Origin: Thermoproteota archaeon
Lineage (GTDB): Archaea > Korarchaeota > Korarchaeia > Korarchaeales > JAOZGB01
Assembly (NCBI GenBank): GCA_027491935.1
Contig: JAOZGB010000008.1
Coordinates: 1 to 54,474, forward strand
Reading direction: 5' to 3'
DNA length: 54,474 nucleotides
Shown: one piece after another, positions 16,343 through 26,726 of the stretch
Layout of the letters: every line of letters begins with the position of its first letter
How positions within the stretch are numbered: position 1 is the stretch's first letter
The notes under the pieces: model-generated
What the model was told of the DNA's origin: nothing
The model's input: only the letters and a program-made list of their open reading frames with translations
The model's database searches: none
Made by a program: the position numbers and the translations under genes

Positions 16343-17476
16343 TTGAAATCTTGCTATCTCATAAATACGCCTTTTGCAATTTTAGTCTTGGATGATGATG
16401 GGAAACCATTCTCCAAATTCATATATGAGCACTTTCCCGATTCGTATATAAAAATCGAATCAGGTAAAGATTCGAAAGAGGCCAAACTCCTTATAGACTT
16501 CTTGAAAGAGCAGGGGATCAAGAAAGTATCAACTAACGATCCATTCTTGCAAGCTCTTCTATTAGAGAACGGAATAAAATGTGTGCTGGAGCCTGGAAGT
16601 AAACCGGCGAGAACTGTTAGAAGAAACCTCGCTGGCTACCTTCGAAAAGTCGGATTAAAAGTTGAGAGGCTTGATGAGAGGATAATAGAGGCTAGCATCG
16701 CCCTAACTAGACGTAACATATCCGAAAGCTTTAGTGATAAATCTAACTATGTAATTCAACTGGTTAACTACCTAGAGATCATCGAAAAATCCCTAAATAA
16801 TCTTGCAATGGGTCTCAGAGCTTGCTATTCACTTCACTTTCCCGAGCTAGACGATCTTCTTGAAGAACACCAGTTGTACATGAAGGGGGTTCTAAGTGTT
16901 GGCATCCGTAGCGATGTGAAGCTTAAGCGACTTGTGGAGTATGGCATAGATCGTAAAAAAGCCGAAAGAATACTGAAGGTTGCTAGATCATCTGTTGGGG
17001 GAGATTTTGAGCCGCATCATCTTGAACCGCTTATCCATTTGGCTGAGGCATGGCTTAAACTTAATGAAGCCACGTTGTCATTAGAGAGGACTATAATTAA
17101 AATCATGAAGGAGATCGCTCCCAATCTCTGCTCGATAATCAATCCACTAGTAGCAGCAAAACTACTATCCGAAGCGGGTGGTCTCAGCAAACTTGCTTCA
17201 ATGCCCTCCAGCACGATCCAGGTTCTGGGCGCCCAAAAAGCCCTCTTTGCCCATCTAAGAGGGAAGGGGCCCCCGCCTAAGCACGGTGTCATATTCCAAG
17301 TTAGGGAGATAAGAACGTCCCCTAAGAGGTTGAGAGGAAAGGTTGCACGGATGTTTGCAAGCAAAATTGCAATAGCAGCTAGAGTAGACTACTTCGGAGG
17401 AGAATACATTGGGGACAAGCTTAAAATGGAGATAGAGAAGAGGCTCGCAGATCTTCAGGGTGTTAGTAATGCTTAA
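16343..17476 (+). CDS. nop5: Nop5 (Nop56/58) C/D-box sRNP core protein
   Basis: Nop domain 'SMPSSTIQVLGAQKALFAHLRGKGPPPKHGVIFQ'. It lies immediately upstream of fibrillarin. TTG start. Confidence 0.88.
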   Translation: MKSCYLINTPFAILVLDDDGKPFSKFIYEHFPDSYIKIESGKDSKEAKLLIDFLKEQGIKKVSTNDPFLQALLLENGIKCVLEPGSKPARTVRRNLAGYLRKVGLKVERLDERIIEASIALTRRNISESFSDKSNYVIQLVNYLEIIEKSLNNLAMGLRACYSLHFPELDDLLEEHQLYMKGVLSVGIRSDVKLKRLVEYGIDRKKAERILKVARSSVGGDFEPHHLEPLIHLAEAWLKLNEATLSLERTIIKIMKEIAPNLCSIINPLVAAKLLSEAGGLSKLASMPSSTIQVLGAQKALFAHLRGKGPPPKHGVIFQVREIRTSPKRLRGKVARMFASKIAIAARVDYFGGEYIGDKLKMEIEKRLADLQGVSNA

Positions 17477-18146
17477 ACCAGACTCTCAAATTAAGGGTTT
17501 ATACTGGTATCGGGGTAGAAGAGAGAAAGTCCCAGCAACGAAAAACCTGGTTCCAGGCTTTAAATCGTACGATGAGAGGATAATCAAGGTTAAAGGGGTG
17601 GAATACCGTATATGGAATCCTTTCAGATCTAAACCCGCTGCTGCCCTCATGAAAGGATTCAGGAATTTCCCGATAAAAGAGGGGATGACCATTCTCTACC
17701 TAGGGATAGCCTCAGGTACCACAGCCTCCCACTTCAGCGATATTATTGGAAAGAGAGGACTTATATATGGGGTTGACGTTTCAGCTGTAGAGCTCAAAGA
17801 TTTGTTAAAGGTTGCAACCGTTAGAGGAAATATCGCTCCAATATTAGCCGATGCTTCAAAGCCAGAACTGTATTCCTCTATCGTTCAAGAAGTAGACTTT
17901 GTCTATTGCGATATAGCTCAGCCGAATCAAACGGAAATATTCCTTAAAAATGTGGAGTTATACCTAAAAGAAAGGGGGTTCGCGGCGATAGCTATCAAGG
18001 CAAGTAGTATTGATGCCACAGCAAAACCGTCGATTGTTTTCAAGGGAGAAAAAAGGAAAATATCCAGACTGATGTCAATAGTTGAAGAAACAAATCTGGA
18101 TCCATACGCCAAAAAACATAGGCTCATACTTTCTCGTTTACAGTAA
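17469..18146 (+). CDS. flpA: Fibrillarin-like rRNA/tRNA 2'-O-methyltransferase
   Basis: 'YRIWNPFRSKPAAA', 'ILYLGIASGTTASHFSDI', 'DIAQPNQ'. The ATG at 17469 overlaps the end of nop5. Confidence 0.9.
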   Translation: MLKPDSQIKGLYWYRGRREKVPATKNLVPGFKSYDERIIKVKGVEYRIWNPFRSKPAAALMKGFRNFPIKEGMTILYLGIASGTTASHFSDIIGKRGLIYGVDVSAVELKDLLKVATVRGNIAPILADASKPELYSSIVQEVDFVYCDIAQPNQTEIFLKNVELYLKERGFAAIAIKASSIDATAKPSIVFKGEKRKISRLMSIVEETNLDPYAKKHRLILSRLQ

Positions 18147-18771
18147 AGTCTAGTAGTGTCTTTTGAACTGAAAACAGTTTCTTTATAGTTAGCCAACTAT
18201 TCCTTATGATGGGAATAGATCCACTACCATGTTTTCTAATAAATGCGATGGTTTTAGGATCGGAGGGGTAGCCAGTCCCAAAATCTCCAAACCTCTTTTT
18301 TAACCCTTCTACTAAACTATCTCTAATAGTCTTTGCAATAATTGAGGCGCACGCTACTGTTACAAATTTTCTGTCTGCATAGTTAAAAGCAAGGACACGG
18401 CCTCCAACTCTTTCAGACAGGAAGCTAACTACCTTAGCGCAGTCTCTAAGAGGTGAGTCTATTATAGCTACGTCGTATTTAACCTTGTTAAGAAGCTCGG
18501 CCATCACCTCAAGCTCCAACCTGTTAAGCTTATGCCTATAAACTGCTTTATCGATAGTTTTAGCATCTACAACTTTATACTCTATTTGGCGTGCATATCC
18601 TCTTATATCGTTTGCTATTTTAAATCTTAAGTCAAAGTTCAATAGTTTGGAATCCTTTACACCGAGACCAACAAGCTTTGGTATGTGCCTTCCTCTTACA
18701 GATACGCATGCGACAATCAAGGGCCCTATAACAGCCCCTCTTCCGGCCTCGTCTACTCCTGCTATAATCAT
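18124..18771 (-). CDS. rnhB: Ribonuclease HII
   Basis: 'IAGVDEAGRGAVIGPLIVA', 'DSKLL', 'ASIIAK'. Confidence 0.88.
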   Translation of the reverse strand: MIIAGVDEAGRGAVIGPLIVACVSVRGRHIPKLVGLGVKDSKLLNFDLRFKIANDIRGYARQIEYKVVDAKTIDKAVYRHKLNRLELEVMAELLNKVKYDVAIIDSPLRDCAKVVSFLSERVGGRVLAFNYADRKFVTVACASIIAKTIRDSLVEGLKKRFGDFGTGYPSDPKTIAFIRKHGSGSIPIIRNSWLTIKKLFSVQKTLLDFTVNEKV

Positions 18772-19331
18772 AGCATCCCAACCAGTTTTAGAATTTTAAT
18801 CGCTAACTTATCCCTGTTCTCTTCCAAAACATTAAAAACTATCACGTCACTTCTCTCTTTCACACTTAGTATAAATGGGTCGCGGGTTCTCATTGGTATT
18901 GTAGCTATTACGTCTTTGTTAGAGTTTAATGCCATTTTAACAACGTCCCTGAAACTCTTGCTTAAACATTCCATTTTGCCTATTTCATCTATTATGATGA
19001 TATCACAGCAGTCTATTGCTCTTCTAATGGCCTCAACGCCAACTGACTCGAGAACTCCGAGATCAACTCCATATTTTGAAACTTTCATTCTAGAATTTAT
19101 GTCTATAGATGCAAGGATTTTTTCATCTCCTGTGTAAATATCTACTATTTTAAAGCCATATCTTCTTCCTCCAATTAAAATCTGGGGAGTCAGGATTCCT
19201 CCGACTTTAAAGCCGCTTTTTCTTATCTTATCTATAATCCTTCTAATGACTGTAGATTTTCCCGACCTTGGCGGACCTGTGACTACAACATTTACCTTCA
19301 CAATAATTAGAGATAAAAGGTAAAATATCAC
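18768..19331 (-). CDS. THEP1-type nucleoside triphosphatase
   Basis: P-loop 'TGPPRSGKST' and Walker B-like 'IIIIDEIGKME'. The true start is probably the internal GTG at 'VKVNVVVTG', about 11 codons in. Confidence 0.7.
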   Translation of the reverse strand: MIFYLLSLIIVKVNVVVTGPPRSGKSTVIRRIIDKIRKSGFKVGGILTPQILIGGRRYGFKIVDIYTGDEKILASIDINSRMKVSKYGVDLGVLESVGVEAIRRAIDCCDIIIIDEIGKMECLSKSFRDVVKMALNSNKDVIATIPMRTRDPFILSVKERSDVIVFNVLEENRDKLAIKILKLVGML

Positions 19332-19345
19332 TTTTCTCAGATAGC

Positions 19346-20512
19346 ATGGTTGAACTACTACTCTCTTCAGAAGGTAAGGTAAAATTGTATATACCTAAGG
19401 CAGATTACAAACGGCTTATGTCTGGAGACCTCATGAATCTACCGGTTTTCTATAACCCTCATATGGAGTCTAATAGGGATCTAACGATCGCATTTCTTAA
19501 AGCAGCCTCCAGGGTTATTGGAGAAGTCCGAATGCTTGACTTATTGGCAGCTACAGGGGTTAGAGGTATCAGAGCAGCTATAGAGGTGCCTGTACCTACG
19601 GTTCTATTTAATGATCTAAATTCTGAAGCCTGCAAGGTTATAAGATTAAATATAGCGTTAAACGAAATATCCAGCACCTCAACAGTTTTTAACATGGATG
19701 CTTCAACGCTACCTTACTATCTTTGTAAGTCGAAAACCAGGGTTAACTACATAGATATAGATCCATTTGGTTCTCCAGCCCCCTTTGTTGAGCCATCTAT
19801 TAAATTATTGTCCGAGCTTAAAAGAAGCATACTAGGAGTTACAGCTACAGATCTAACAGTACTCTTTGGTAGATATCCAGAAAAATGTTATAGGATTTAC
19901 GGTTCCTGGTCCCACCAGGTAGAATACTCTAAGGAAGTGGGGTTAAGAATACTGTTGGGTTATATAGCTAGAATAGCCGCTTCCCACGGGTTAAAGACCG
20001 AGGTTCCCATAGCATTATACCATAAACATTATCTAAGGGCCTTCATCATCCTAACCAGGTCCACCAGAGACGCGGTTAAATGGTTAATCGAAAATATAGG
20101 TTACATACTTCATTGTCCGAAGTGCGAGTGGCGTAATGCATGGAAATTGGATGAGAATATCCCGGCAAGCTGTGAGAGATGCGGAGATAGGATCATCAGA
20201 CTTGGCCCTATGTGGATAGGAAAATACAAAGACTTGGATATCGTTCGAAGGACGATTATAAACATTAGAACTAAGGACAAGGTTCTTCTTAAAAGACTCG
20301 AAATACTATTTGACGAGGTCAATGATACCCCCTGGTTTTACGATCTTGATAGGGTCTCGAAAAAGCTGGGAATCGCTTCAATCAGAGTGAGTAAGCTAAT
20401 ATCAAGCCTTAGAGCGCATGGGTACCCGGCTTCCAGGAGCCATATCTCGTTTAAATCCGTAAAAACTCCGGCAAGTATGAAGTTCGTTGAGTCTCTAGCA
20501 AAACTCATATAA
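19346..20512 (+). CDS. trm1: tRNA (guanine26-N2)-dimethyltransferase Trm1
   Basis: 'FYNPHMESNRDLT', 'DLLAATGVRGIR', 'IDIDPFGSP', and a Cys cluster 'CPKCEW...CERCG'. Confidence 0.85.
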   Translation: MVELLLSSEGKVKLYIPKADYKRLMSGDLMNLPVFYNPHMESNRDLTIAFLKAASRVIGEVRMLDLLAATGVRGIRAAIEVPVPTVLFNDLNSEACKVIRLNIALNEISSTSTVFNMDASTLPYYLCKSKTRVNYIDIDPFGSPAPFVEPSIKLLSELKRSILGVTATDLTVLFGRYPEKCYRIYGSWSHQVEYSKEVGLRILLGYIARIAASHGLKTEVPIALYHKHYLRAFIILTRSTRDAVKWLIENIGYILHCPKCEWRNAWKLDENIPASCERCGDRIIRLGPMWIGKYKDLDIVRRTIINIRTKDKVLLKRLEILFDEVNDTPWFYDLDRVSKKLGIASIRVSKLISSLRAHGYPASRSHISFKSVKTPASMKFVESLAKLI

Positions 20513-20689
20513 AAGATACCTCGTAAGACTGTTGCACTTGTATATCTCTCCTTTCTGTAGACAATTGGCCAGGGTTTTACACCTGAAGCATGGTATTTGG
20601 CTAAGAATAGAATAGTTATACTTTTTCTTTCTGAGGTTTCCGGCAGTAGTTTTAGAAAAGCCCTCCAATTCTATGATGATGTAAGTCAA
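20495..20689 (-). CDS. Possible small Cys-rich protein (uncertain)
   Basis: A 64-aa ORF whose TTG start overlaps the gar1 stop (TTGA). It contains 'CFRCKTLANC...KC'. It has only a TTG start and no recognisable family. Confidence 0.25.
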   Translation of the reverse strand: MTYIIIELEGFSKTTAGNLRKKKYNYSILSQIPCFRCKTLANCLQKGEIYKCNSLTRYLLYEFC

Positions 20690-20955
20690 TATTTAGTTTT
20701 AATTTTACCGTTTTCTATGTATACGGGTTTATTAATATAGGAACTTGCTTTTTCGAGCTGGATAAGTATTTTTGCCGTAACATAAGGACTTGAAACCGGA
20801 CCTATGACATCTCTAATTATACCGATAAGCTTACCATCCTTTGTGTAAATATTCCTATTAATCACGTTTGGGAATTTTGCTATACGAGTATTTTTAACCT
20901 CTATTAGGAAGCCCCTCTCATTTGTTATACCAACTATCGCTCCGAATCTTCTCAT
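20686..20955 (-). CDS. gar1: H/ACA RNP protein Gar1
   Basis: 89 aa. 'GKLIGIIRDVIGPVSSPYVTAKI' is the typical Gar1 core. Confidence 0.75.
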   Translation of the reverse strand: MRRFGAIVGITNERGFLIEVKNTRIAKFPNVINRNIYTKDGKLIGIIRDVIGPVSSPYVTAKILIQLEKASSYINKPVYIENGKIKTKY

Positions 20956-21242
20956 TTCTTCCCGCCCCTGATGATTTGAAGCTTTTTGGCTACTTCCTTT
21001 ATAACCTGGGTCTTTTTTAGCGTGGTGCTAACTACTACCCTCCCTTCTCTCTCAAACCATCTAGCAGGGTGGTGCTTATCCTTCTCAACCGTACAATCCA
21101 ATCCTAAAGCCCTGACAGCTCTATATATTTCATCTACTGTGGGATTCTTTACAGCTCGGCTTTTGCTAACGCGTCTCCCCCTACTTCTGGGACATTTGGA
21201 GTTAAAGTAGATCGGGTATAAGATGATGCTTTTCTTCTTCAA
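20952..21242 (-). CDS. srp19: Signal recognition particle protein SRP19
   Basis: 'ILYPIYFNSKCPRSRGRRVSKSRAVKNPTVDEIYRAVRALGL'. Confidence 0.85.
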   Translation of the reverse strand: MKKKSIILYPIYFNSKCPRSRGRRVSKSRAVKNPTVDEIYRAVRALGLDCTVEKDKHHPARWFEREGRVVVSTTLKKTQVIKEVAKKLQIIRGGKK

Positions 21243-21246
21243 GTTC

Positions 21247-21651
21247 TTAGCCTTCTAATAGAACTGCGTTAATAACGCCGTCCTGCCCTGGTCTGGATGT
21301 GACGATTGCTTTTCCTATTTCTGTTTCTATTATAGCTCCCTTAGTTATTATTCCCAGTCTTTTGAAGTCTCTGTTCGCCTGGTTCTCCAAAACTCTCAGT
21401 ATTTTAGCCTTTTTTGTTGTTCCGGCTTTTTTATCTGTTACATTCGCGTACTCTGCTAGTAAAACCGCTAGCTTGTAATTTCCTCCCATAACCCGTTTTT
21501 TCTTAACTTTTAACTCGCCTACCTTTGTCCCGGCTGAAGGGCGGCCTACTTCCCTTCGTCTTTTCTTTCTAGACTTTTTTATTTTGGCTCCTGAAGGCCT
21601 TCGGCCCTTTGGCATTACCTTACCATGGTAGCTCATATGTATCAGACTCAT
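21247..21651 (-). CDS. rps8e: Ribosomal protein eS8 (S8e)
   Basis: '[31 protein letters not shown]' and the C-terminal '[16 protein letters not shown]'. The start could instead be the internal M ('MSYHG'). Confidence 0.85.
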   Translation of the reverse strand: MSLIHMSYHGKVMPKGRRPSGAKIKKSRKKRRREVGRPSAGTKVGELKVKKKRVMGGNYKLAVLLAEYANVTDKKAGTTKKAKILRVLENQANRDFKRLGIITKGAIIETEIGKAIVTSRPGQDGVINAVLLEG

Positions 21652-21692
21652 TAATAGTTGTTTATAAATAAAATGGTTAGGGGTTGGAATTT

Positions 21693-23348
21693 TTAGTCGA
21701 ACGAGCTGGGTGGTGAAAACTCTTCTCCGCCCTCTTCTCCTTCTTTGCCTTTCGGCTTCTCATATCTCTTTGCGGCTATTATATCATCTGTCTTTATTAG
21801 CATTATCGCAGTCTCCGTGGCAGCTTCGATAGCATGTCTTGTTGCCCTAAGCGTTTCGAGTACGCCTAGCTTTTTCATGTCGTCTATTCCTCCGGTTAGA
21901 ACGTTGACACCGTAGCTTGTATTTCCCTTTGAATGTTCAGCCCTAAGGTCCATCAATATTTCGATGGTGTCTAAGCCTGCGTTCTCGGCAAGAGCTACAG
22001 GTATCCCTTCTAAAGCTTCAGCGTAGGCTTCTATAGCTCTTTGCTCTTTACCTCCGACACTTTTAGCGTACTCCTTTAGTTTCATCGCAAGTTCTACTTC
22101 GACTGCTCCTCCCCCATATACTGCTTTATTCTCCTCTAAAATGTTCCTTATAACGCATAACGCGTCATGAATGCTTCTTTCCGCTTCGTCTACTATCATT
22201 TCAGCTCCCGCTCTCAATATTATAGTGACAGCCTTTGGATTTTTACATTGTTCAACGAAGATCATCTTATCTTCTCCTATTTTTCTCTCCTCGACAAGCC
22301 CAGCATAGCCTAGGTCATCACTTGTGAGGTCCTCTATATTTGTTATAATCCTTGCTCCAGTCGCCCTTTGTAACTTATCCATGTCTTTCTCACTTATCCT
22401 CCTGGCAGACAGTATTCCTTTCTTAGCAAGGAAGTGTTGCGCTATTTCGTCGATTCCTTTCTGGCAGAATACTACGTTAGCGCCTGTGCTTGCAATCTTG
22501 TCTACCATTTCCTGTAGAAGTTTCGTTTCCTCCTCCATGAACATCTTTATCTGGCTTGGGTCTGTTATTCTAACTTCAGCGCTGTACTCGGTTTTCTCTA
22601 TCTCAAGTGGAGTGTTGAGTAGAGCAATTTTGGCGTCAACGATTCTTTTTGGCATTCCACTGTGTACTACTTCCTTGTCTAGAACTATCCCGTTAATAAG
22701 CTGAGATTCAGCCAAGCTTTTTCCTTGCTTCTTCACTATCTTAACCCTGTCAATATCGACCTTTATCTTGCCGTTAACTTCTTCCATCACTTGTTTTGCA
22801 GCCTTAATGACAAGCTCCGCAAGATAGTCTGATTCTTCATGTATCATCTTGCTCTGCATTGCGGTTATAGCTATTTTCTTAAGTGTTTCATGGTCTTCTC
22901 TGTCTATCTCAAATGCAATTTCATTTATCGCTTCCTTAACCTTATCTAGAGCTTTTTTATACCCGTCTACGATTATGCTTGGGTGCATCCCCTGCTCTAA
23001 CAGTTCTTCAGCCCTGCTTATTATCTCACCCGCGATTACAACTGCGGTTGTCGTTCCATCGCCCGCATCATGATCCTGGGCCTTGGCGAGATCAACCATT
23101 AGCTTTGCGGCTGGGTGTTGAACGTCCATTTCGTCAAGTATCGTAGCCCCATCATTTGAGATGGTAATGTCTCCCAGCTGGTCAATTATCATTTTATCCA
23201 TTCCCTTAGGTCCAAGCGTGCTTCTCACGGCATCTGCAACTGCCTTAGCGGCCATAAAGTTTATCCTCCTAGCTTCCTCACCTCTAGTTCTGCTTGTCCC
23301 TTCTTTCAGAATAAGGACTGGCTGTCCTCCAATTGTCGCAAGAGTCAT
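21693..23348 (-). CDS. ths: Thermosome (group II chaperonin) subunit
   Basis: 'GPKGMDKM', 'NDGATIL', 'GDGTTTAVV', 'VYGGGAVE'. Confidence 0.95.
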   Translation of the reverse strand: MTLATIGGQPVLILKEGTSRTRGEEARRINFMAAKAVADAVRSTLGPKGMDKMIIDQLGDITISNDGATILDEMDVQHPAAKLMVDLAKAQDHDAGDGTTTAVVIAGEIISRAEELLEQGMHPSIIVDGYKKALDKVKEAINEIAFEIDREDHETLKKIAITAMQSKMIHEESDYLAELVIKAAKQVMEEVNGKIKVDIDRVKIVKKQGKSLAESQLINGIVLDKEVVHSGMPKRIVDAKIALLNTPLEIEKTEYSAEVRITDPSQIKMFMEEETKLLQEMVDKIASTGANVVFCQKGIDEIAQHFLAKKGILSARRISEKDMDKLQRATGARIITNIEDLTSDDLGYAGLVEERKIGEDKMIFVEQCKNPKAVTIILRAGAEMIVDEAERSIHDALCVIRNILEENKAVYGGGAVEVELAMKLKEYAKSVGGKEQRAIEAYAEALEGIPVALAENAGLDTIEILMDLRAEHSKGNTSYGVNVLTGGIDDMKKLGVLETLRATRHAIEAATETAIMLIKTDDIIAAKRYEKPKGKEGEEGGEEFSPPSSFD

Positions 23349-23451
23349 TTGATATCACCTCTTTAAACTTCTACCTCCACTATAGATATTATAGTAAGGG
23401 TTGCCTAAAAAATTAAATGTTTCTAATAGACCTCAGATATGGTGAATAGCA

Positions 23452-24468
23452 TTGATAAAGCTTGGTGTGGTAGGATACGGGACTATAGGAAGAAGAATAG
23501 CGGAAGCAATAGCTGTCCAGCCAGATATGGAGCTTATAGGTGTAGTAAAGCGGACTCCTGACTACAAGGCGCTTATTGCTGCTAGTCGTAACATAGATCT
23601 TTATGCTTTGGACGAAGCATCTTACGAGCTATTTCAGGAGAGAGGGGTTCCCTGTAGGGGGGTATTAGACGATCTACTTGAAAATATAGACATGGTCATA
23701 GACTCTTCTCCTGCAGGAATGGGGGCGAAGAACAAGGCAAAATATGAAAATTACGGTCTTAAAATGGTGTTTCAAGGTGGTGAAGATAGTAGTGTAGCCG
23801 AGATATCTTTTGTCTCAGAGTGTAGTTATGAGAAGGCTTACGGTAAAAACGCTATCAGAGTTGTATCATGCAACACAACAGGACTTTCAAGATTAATCAA
23901 CTGCTTAGATGATGCGTTTAAAGTCAAACAGGTTTTTGCTGTATTAGTTAGGAGGTCGGCTGACCCCGAAGAAACAGGGAAGGGACCCATCGACGCAATC
24001 ATTCCTGCCATTAAGATTCCATCGCATCACGCTCATGATGTTAATACAGTCTTAGATGTGCCAATTGTTACCATGGCGGTAAAAGTACCGGTTACACACA
24101 TGCATGTGCATGCATTAGAAGTAAAGCTCGGCAGTAAAGCCACGAGAGAAGACGTAATAGACGTGTTAGAAGAAGCTTCAAGGATTATATTGATTGACTT
24201 AGAAGATGGTTTGTCCTCTACAGGTAGGCTGTTCGATTATGCAAGGCTAAAGGGTAGACCGATGGGAAACATCTATGAATTGATGGTATGGAGAGATTCT
24301 ATAAAAATTGATGGGAACAAACTCTACTTGTTCCAAGCGGTTCACCAAGAGGCGATTGTAATACCGGACAATATAGATGCTGTTAGATCCGCGATGAAAC
24401 TGGGCTCAAAGGCCGAATCCATACGAATAACCAACGCCACGCTTGGGATTACTGGACGGGCATTTTGA
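23452..24468 (+). CDS. gap: Archaeal-type glyceraldehyde-3-phosphate dehydrogenase
   Basis: 'GVVGYGTIGRRIAEA' Rossmann motif and catalytic 'VSCNTTGLSRL'. TTG start. Confidence 0.88.
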   Translation: MIKLGVVGYGTIGRRIAEAIAVQPDMELIGVVKRTPDYKALIAASRNIDLYALDEASYELFQERGVPCRGVLDDLLENIDMVIDSSPAGMGAKNKAKYENYGLKMVFQGGEDSSVAEISFVSECSYEKAYGKNAIRVVSCNTTGLSRLINCLDDAFKVKQVFAVLVRRSADPEETGKGPIDAIIPAIKIPSHHAHDVNTVLDVPIVTMAVKVPVTHMHVHALEVKLGSKATREDVIDVLEEASRIILIDLEDGLSSTGRLFDYARLKGRPMGNIYELMVWRDSIKIDGNKLYLFQAVHQEAIVIPDNIDAVRSAMKLGSKAESIRITNATLGITGRAF

Positions 24469-24533
24469 GGATAACCTTTAAATTCAACACTTAATTTCTT
24501 TAACTTCCAGCTACATAATATAAAGTGTTAGAA

Positions 24534-25673
24534 ATGCCCCGAAGAGGATCAATGGCATATAGACCTAGGAAAAGAGCCTCCACAGAAGTAGCGAAGTTTA
24601 GGTCTTACCCATCTATAGATGAGCCTATAATGCTCGGTGCATTTCCGGGGTACAAGTGCGGAATGATCCATGTTATGATGGTGGATGATCACCCTAATAG
24701 GCCTACATATCAGCAGGAAATATTTATGCCGTGCACCGTTATAGAAGCTCCAGAAATCACGGTTTTCGGGGTAATACCGTATTTAGAGACGCCTTACGGT
24801 CTTAAACCTATTACAACGATATATAGGATCCCGGCCGCGGGTGAGAAAGAGGCTAAAAGCCGTATGGATCTTAGCAGGGCCTTGCAGATACCCAAAACTC
24901 CTATAAAAGATGGGTGGATAACAAACTTGGATGAGAAAATGAGAATAGTTGACAAAAACGTTGAAAGAATAACTGAGGTTAGACTATTGGTTCATACAAA
25001 TCCCAGGTTTGCTTCGGTACCGAAGAAGAAGCCTGAAATACTTGAGATACCTGTTCTTGGAGCTGCATCTCCTGAAGAAAAGCTGAAATTTGCTTTAAGT
25101 AAGCTAGGTAGCAATATAAGCCCTCTTGACGTGTTTGAACCTGGAATGTTTGTAGATGTGACAGCTGTTACAAAGGGTAAGGGATTCCAGGGTGCTATCA
25201 AAAGGTTTGGTGTCAAGCTACTCCCTCATAAAGCGGGTAAGAAGAGGCGTGGAGTTGCAAGTATGGGCTCGTGGCATCCGCCATATGTTAGATGGACTGT
25301 TCCTCAACCTGGCCAGATGGGATATCATAAGAGAACCGAGTACAATAAGAGAATCCTTAAATTAGGTGCAAATCCCGCAGAGGTAAACCCCAAATCCGGG
25401 TTTAAATCGTATGGTCTTGTTAGGACAAACTATATTCTGCTATCAGGCTCTATACCTGGGCCTCCTAAGAGATTCGTCCTTTTAAGGCCGGCTATACGGC
25501 CTCCCAGATGGTGGGTTAAGCTCAAGCGGGCGGGTTCCAAGTCTGGAGACGATAAGAAGACCAAAAGTGGTGGTACAGGCAAGATTGTATCTCCCAAGAT
25601 CACGTTTATCTCGTCTCAGACAGCCGAAATATCTGGCGAGAGATCTATCGTAGAGAAGGCAAAGGTGAAATAA
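24534..25673 (+). CDS. rpl3: Ribosomal protein uL3
   Basis: 'PRRGSMAYRPRKRA', 'TKGKGFQGAIKRFGV', 'GQMGYHKRTEYNKRI'. It carries a Lys/Gly-rich segment near the C-terminus. Confidence 0.92.
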   Translation: MPRRGSMAYRPRKRASTEVAKFRSYPSIDEPIMLGAFPGYKCGMIHVMMVDDHPNRPTYQQEIFMPCTVIEAPEITVFGVIPYLETPYGLKPITTIYRIPAAGEKEAKSRMDLSRALQIPKTPIKDGWITNLDEKMRIVDKNVERITEVRLLVHTNPRFASVPKKKPEILEIPVLGAASPEEKLKFALSKLGSNISPLDVFEPGMFVDVTAVTKGKGFQGAIKRFGVKLLPHKAGKKRRGVASMGSWHPPYVRWTVPQPGQMGYHKRTEYNKRILKLGANPAEVNPKSGFKSYGLVRTNYILLSGSIPGPPKRFVLLRPAIRPPRWWVKLKRAGSKSGDDKKTKSGGTGKIVSPKITFISSQTAEISGERSIVEKAKVK

Positions 25674-25674
25674 T

Positions 25675-26460
25675 ATGGTTGAGCGTCCCATTTTCGATTT
25701 GGAGGGGGAAGTTGTAGGGAAAATAGAACTCCCCCCAGTATTTAGTAAGCCTGTCAGATTTGACCTCATTAGGAGAGCCTATCTTTCCACCCTCGCATCC
25801 AGTAGGCAGCCTAAGGGTACAGATCCGAATGCCGGTAAGAGAACCTCAGCAAGATCTTGGGGGGTCGGTAGAGGATTAGCAAGAGTACCAAGAATTAGAG
25901 GTGAACACCATCCAACAGTAGGTAGGGGGGCATTCGCCCCAGGAACAGTTGGTGGTAGGGCCGCCCACCCCCCCAGGGTTGATAAAAGGTTAGATGAGAA
26001 GATAAATAAAAAGGAGAGAAAGCTTGCCATAATTTCGGCCATTTCGGCGACAGGGGACAAGGAGCTAGTTAAATCTAGAGGACATAGGGTTCCTGAGGGG
26101 TTAGAAACACCACTAATCGTATCCAAAGAAATAGAATCATTGTCGAAAACAAATCAGGTTAAAAAGCTACTAGACAAACTCGGCCTATCTAAAGAACTAA
26201 AAAGGTGCAAAGATAGATGGGGTAAGATAAGAGCTGGAAGGGGAAAAATGCGTGGAAGGAAAAGACAGAGGGCGAAAGGCCCATTAATAATAGTTTCAGA
26301 AGATGGAGGCATCGTCAAAGCTGCTAGGAATATTCCCGGGGTGGATGTGAAGATTGTAGACCTAATATCTGTCAAAGATCTTTGTCCAGGCGGTGTTCCA
26401 GGCAGGCTAACGATCTGGTCTGAAACAGCTGTCCAGAAGGTTGGTGATAAGTTTGTTTGA
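25675..26460 (+). CDS. rpl4: Ribosomal protein uL4
   Basis: 'RQPKGTDPNAGKRTSARSWGVGRGLARVPR' and 'GRAAHPP'. Confidence 0.92.
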   Translation: MVERPIFDLEGEVVGKIELPPVFSKPVRFDLIRRAYLSTLASSRQPKGTDPNAGKRTSARSWGVGRGLARVPRIRGEHHPTVGRGAFAPGTVGGRAAHPPRVDKRLDEKINKKERKLAIISAISATGDKELVKSRGHRVPEGLETPLIVSKEIESLSKTNQVKKLLDKLGLSKELKRCKDRWGKIRAGRGKMRGRKRQRAKGPLIIVSEDGGIVKAARNIPGVDVKIVDLISVKDLCPGGVPGRLTIWSETAVQKVGDKFV

Positions 26461-26716
26461 CCCATTCAAAGTTATTAAAAAACCGGTAACGTCCGAAAAA
26501 GCCATCAACATGATAGAGAGGGAAAACAAGCTAACATTCATCGTAGATAGGAGGTCAAATAAGAAGGAGATCAAAATGGCTTTTGAAAAGCTTTTCGAGG
26601 AGCCTGTTCAAAAAGTTAATACGCTCATAACCCCAAGAGGAGAGAAGAAGGCTATAATAAAATTGAAAAGGGATGGCGCAGCATTAGATATTGCAGTAAA
26701 ACTCGGAATAATATGA
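26441..26716 (+). CDS. rpl23: Ribosomal protein uL23
   Basis: 'IKKPVTSEKAINMIERENKLTFIVDRRSNKKEIK'. The start is either the GTG at 26441 or the TTG at 26450, and both overlap the end of rpl4. Confidence 0.88.
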   Translation: MVISLFDPFKVIKKPVTSEKAINMIERENKLTFIVDRRSNKKEIKMAFEKLFEEPVQKVNTLITPRGEKKAIIKLKRDGAALDIAVKLGII

Positions 26717-26726
26717 GGTTTTCAAA

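Noticed and set aside
16168-16395. 75-aa track ORF upstream of nop5
   Set aside because: It overlaps, in a different frame, the clearly recognisable eS30 gene (16176-16334) and the 5' end of nop5. Its Arg/Ser/Gly-rich translation has no family resemblance.
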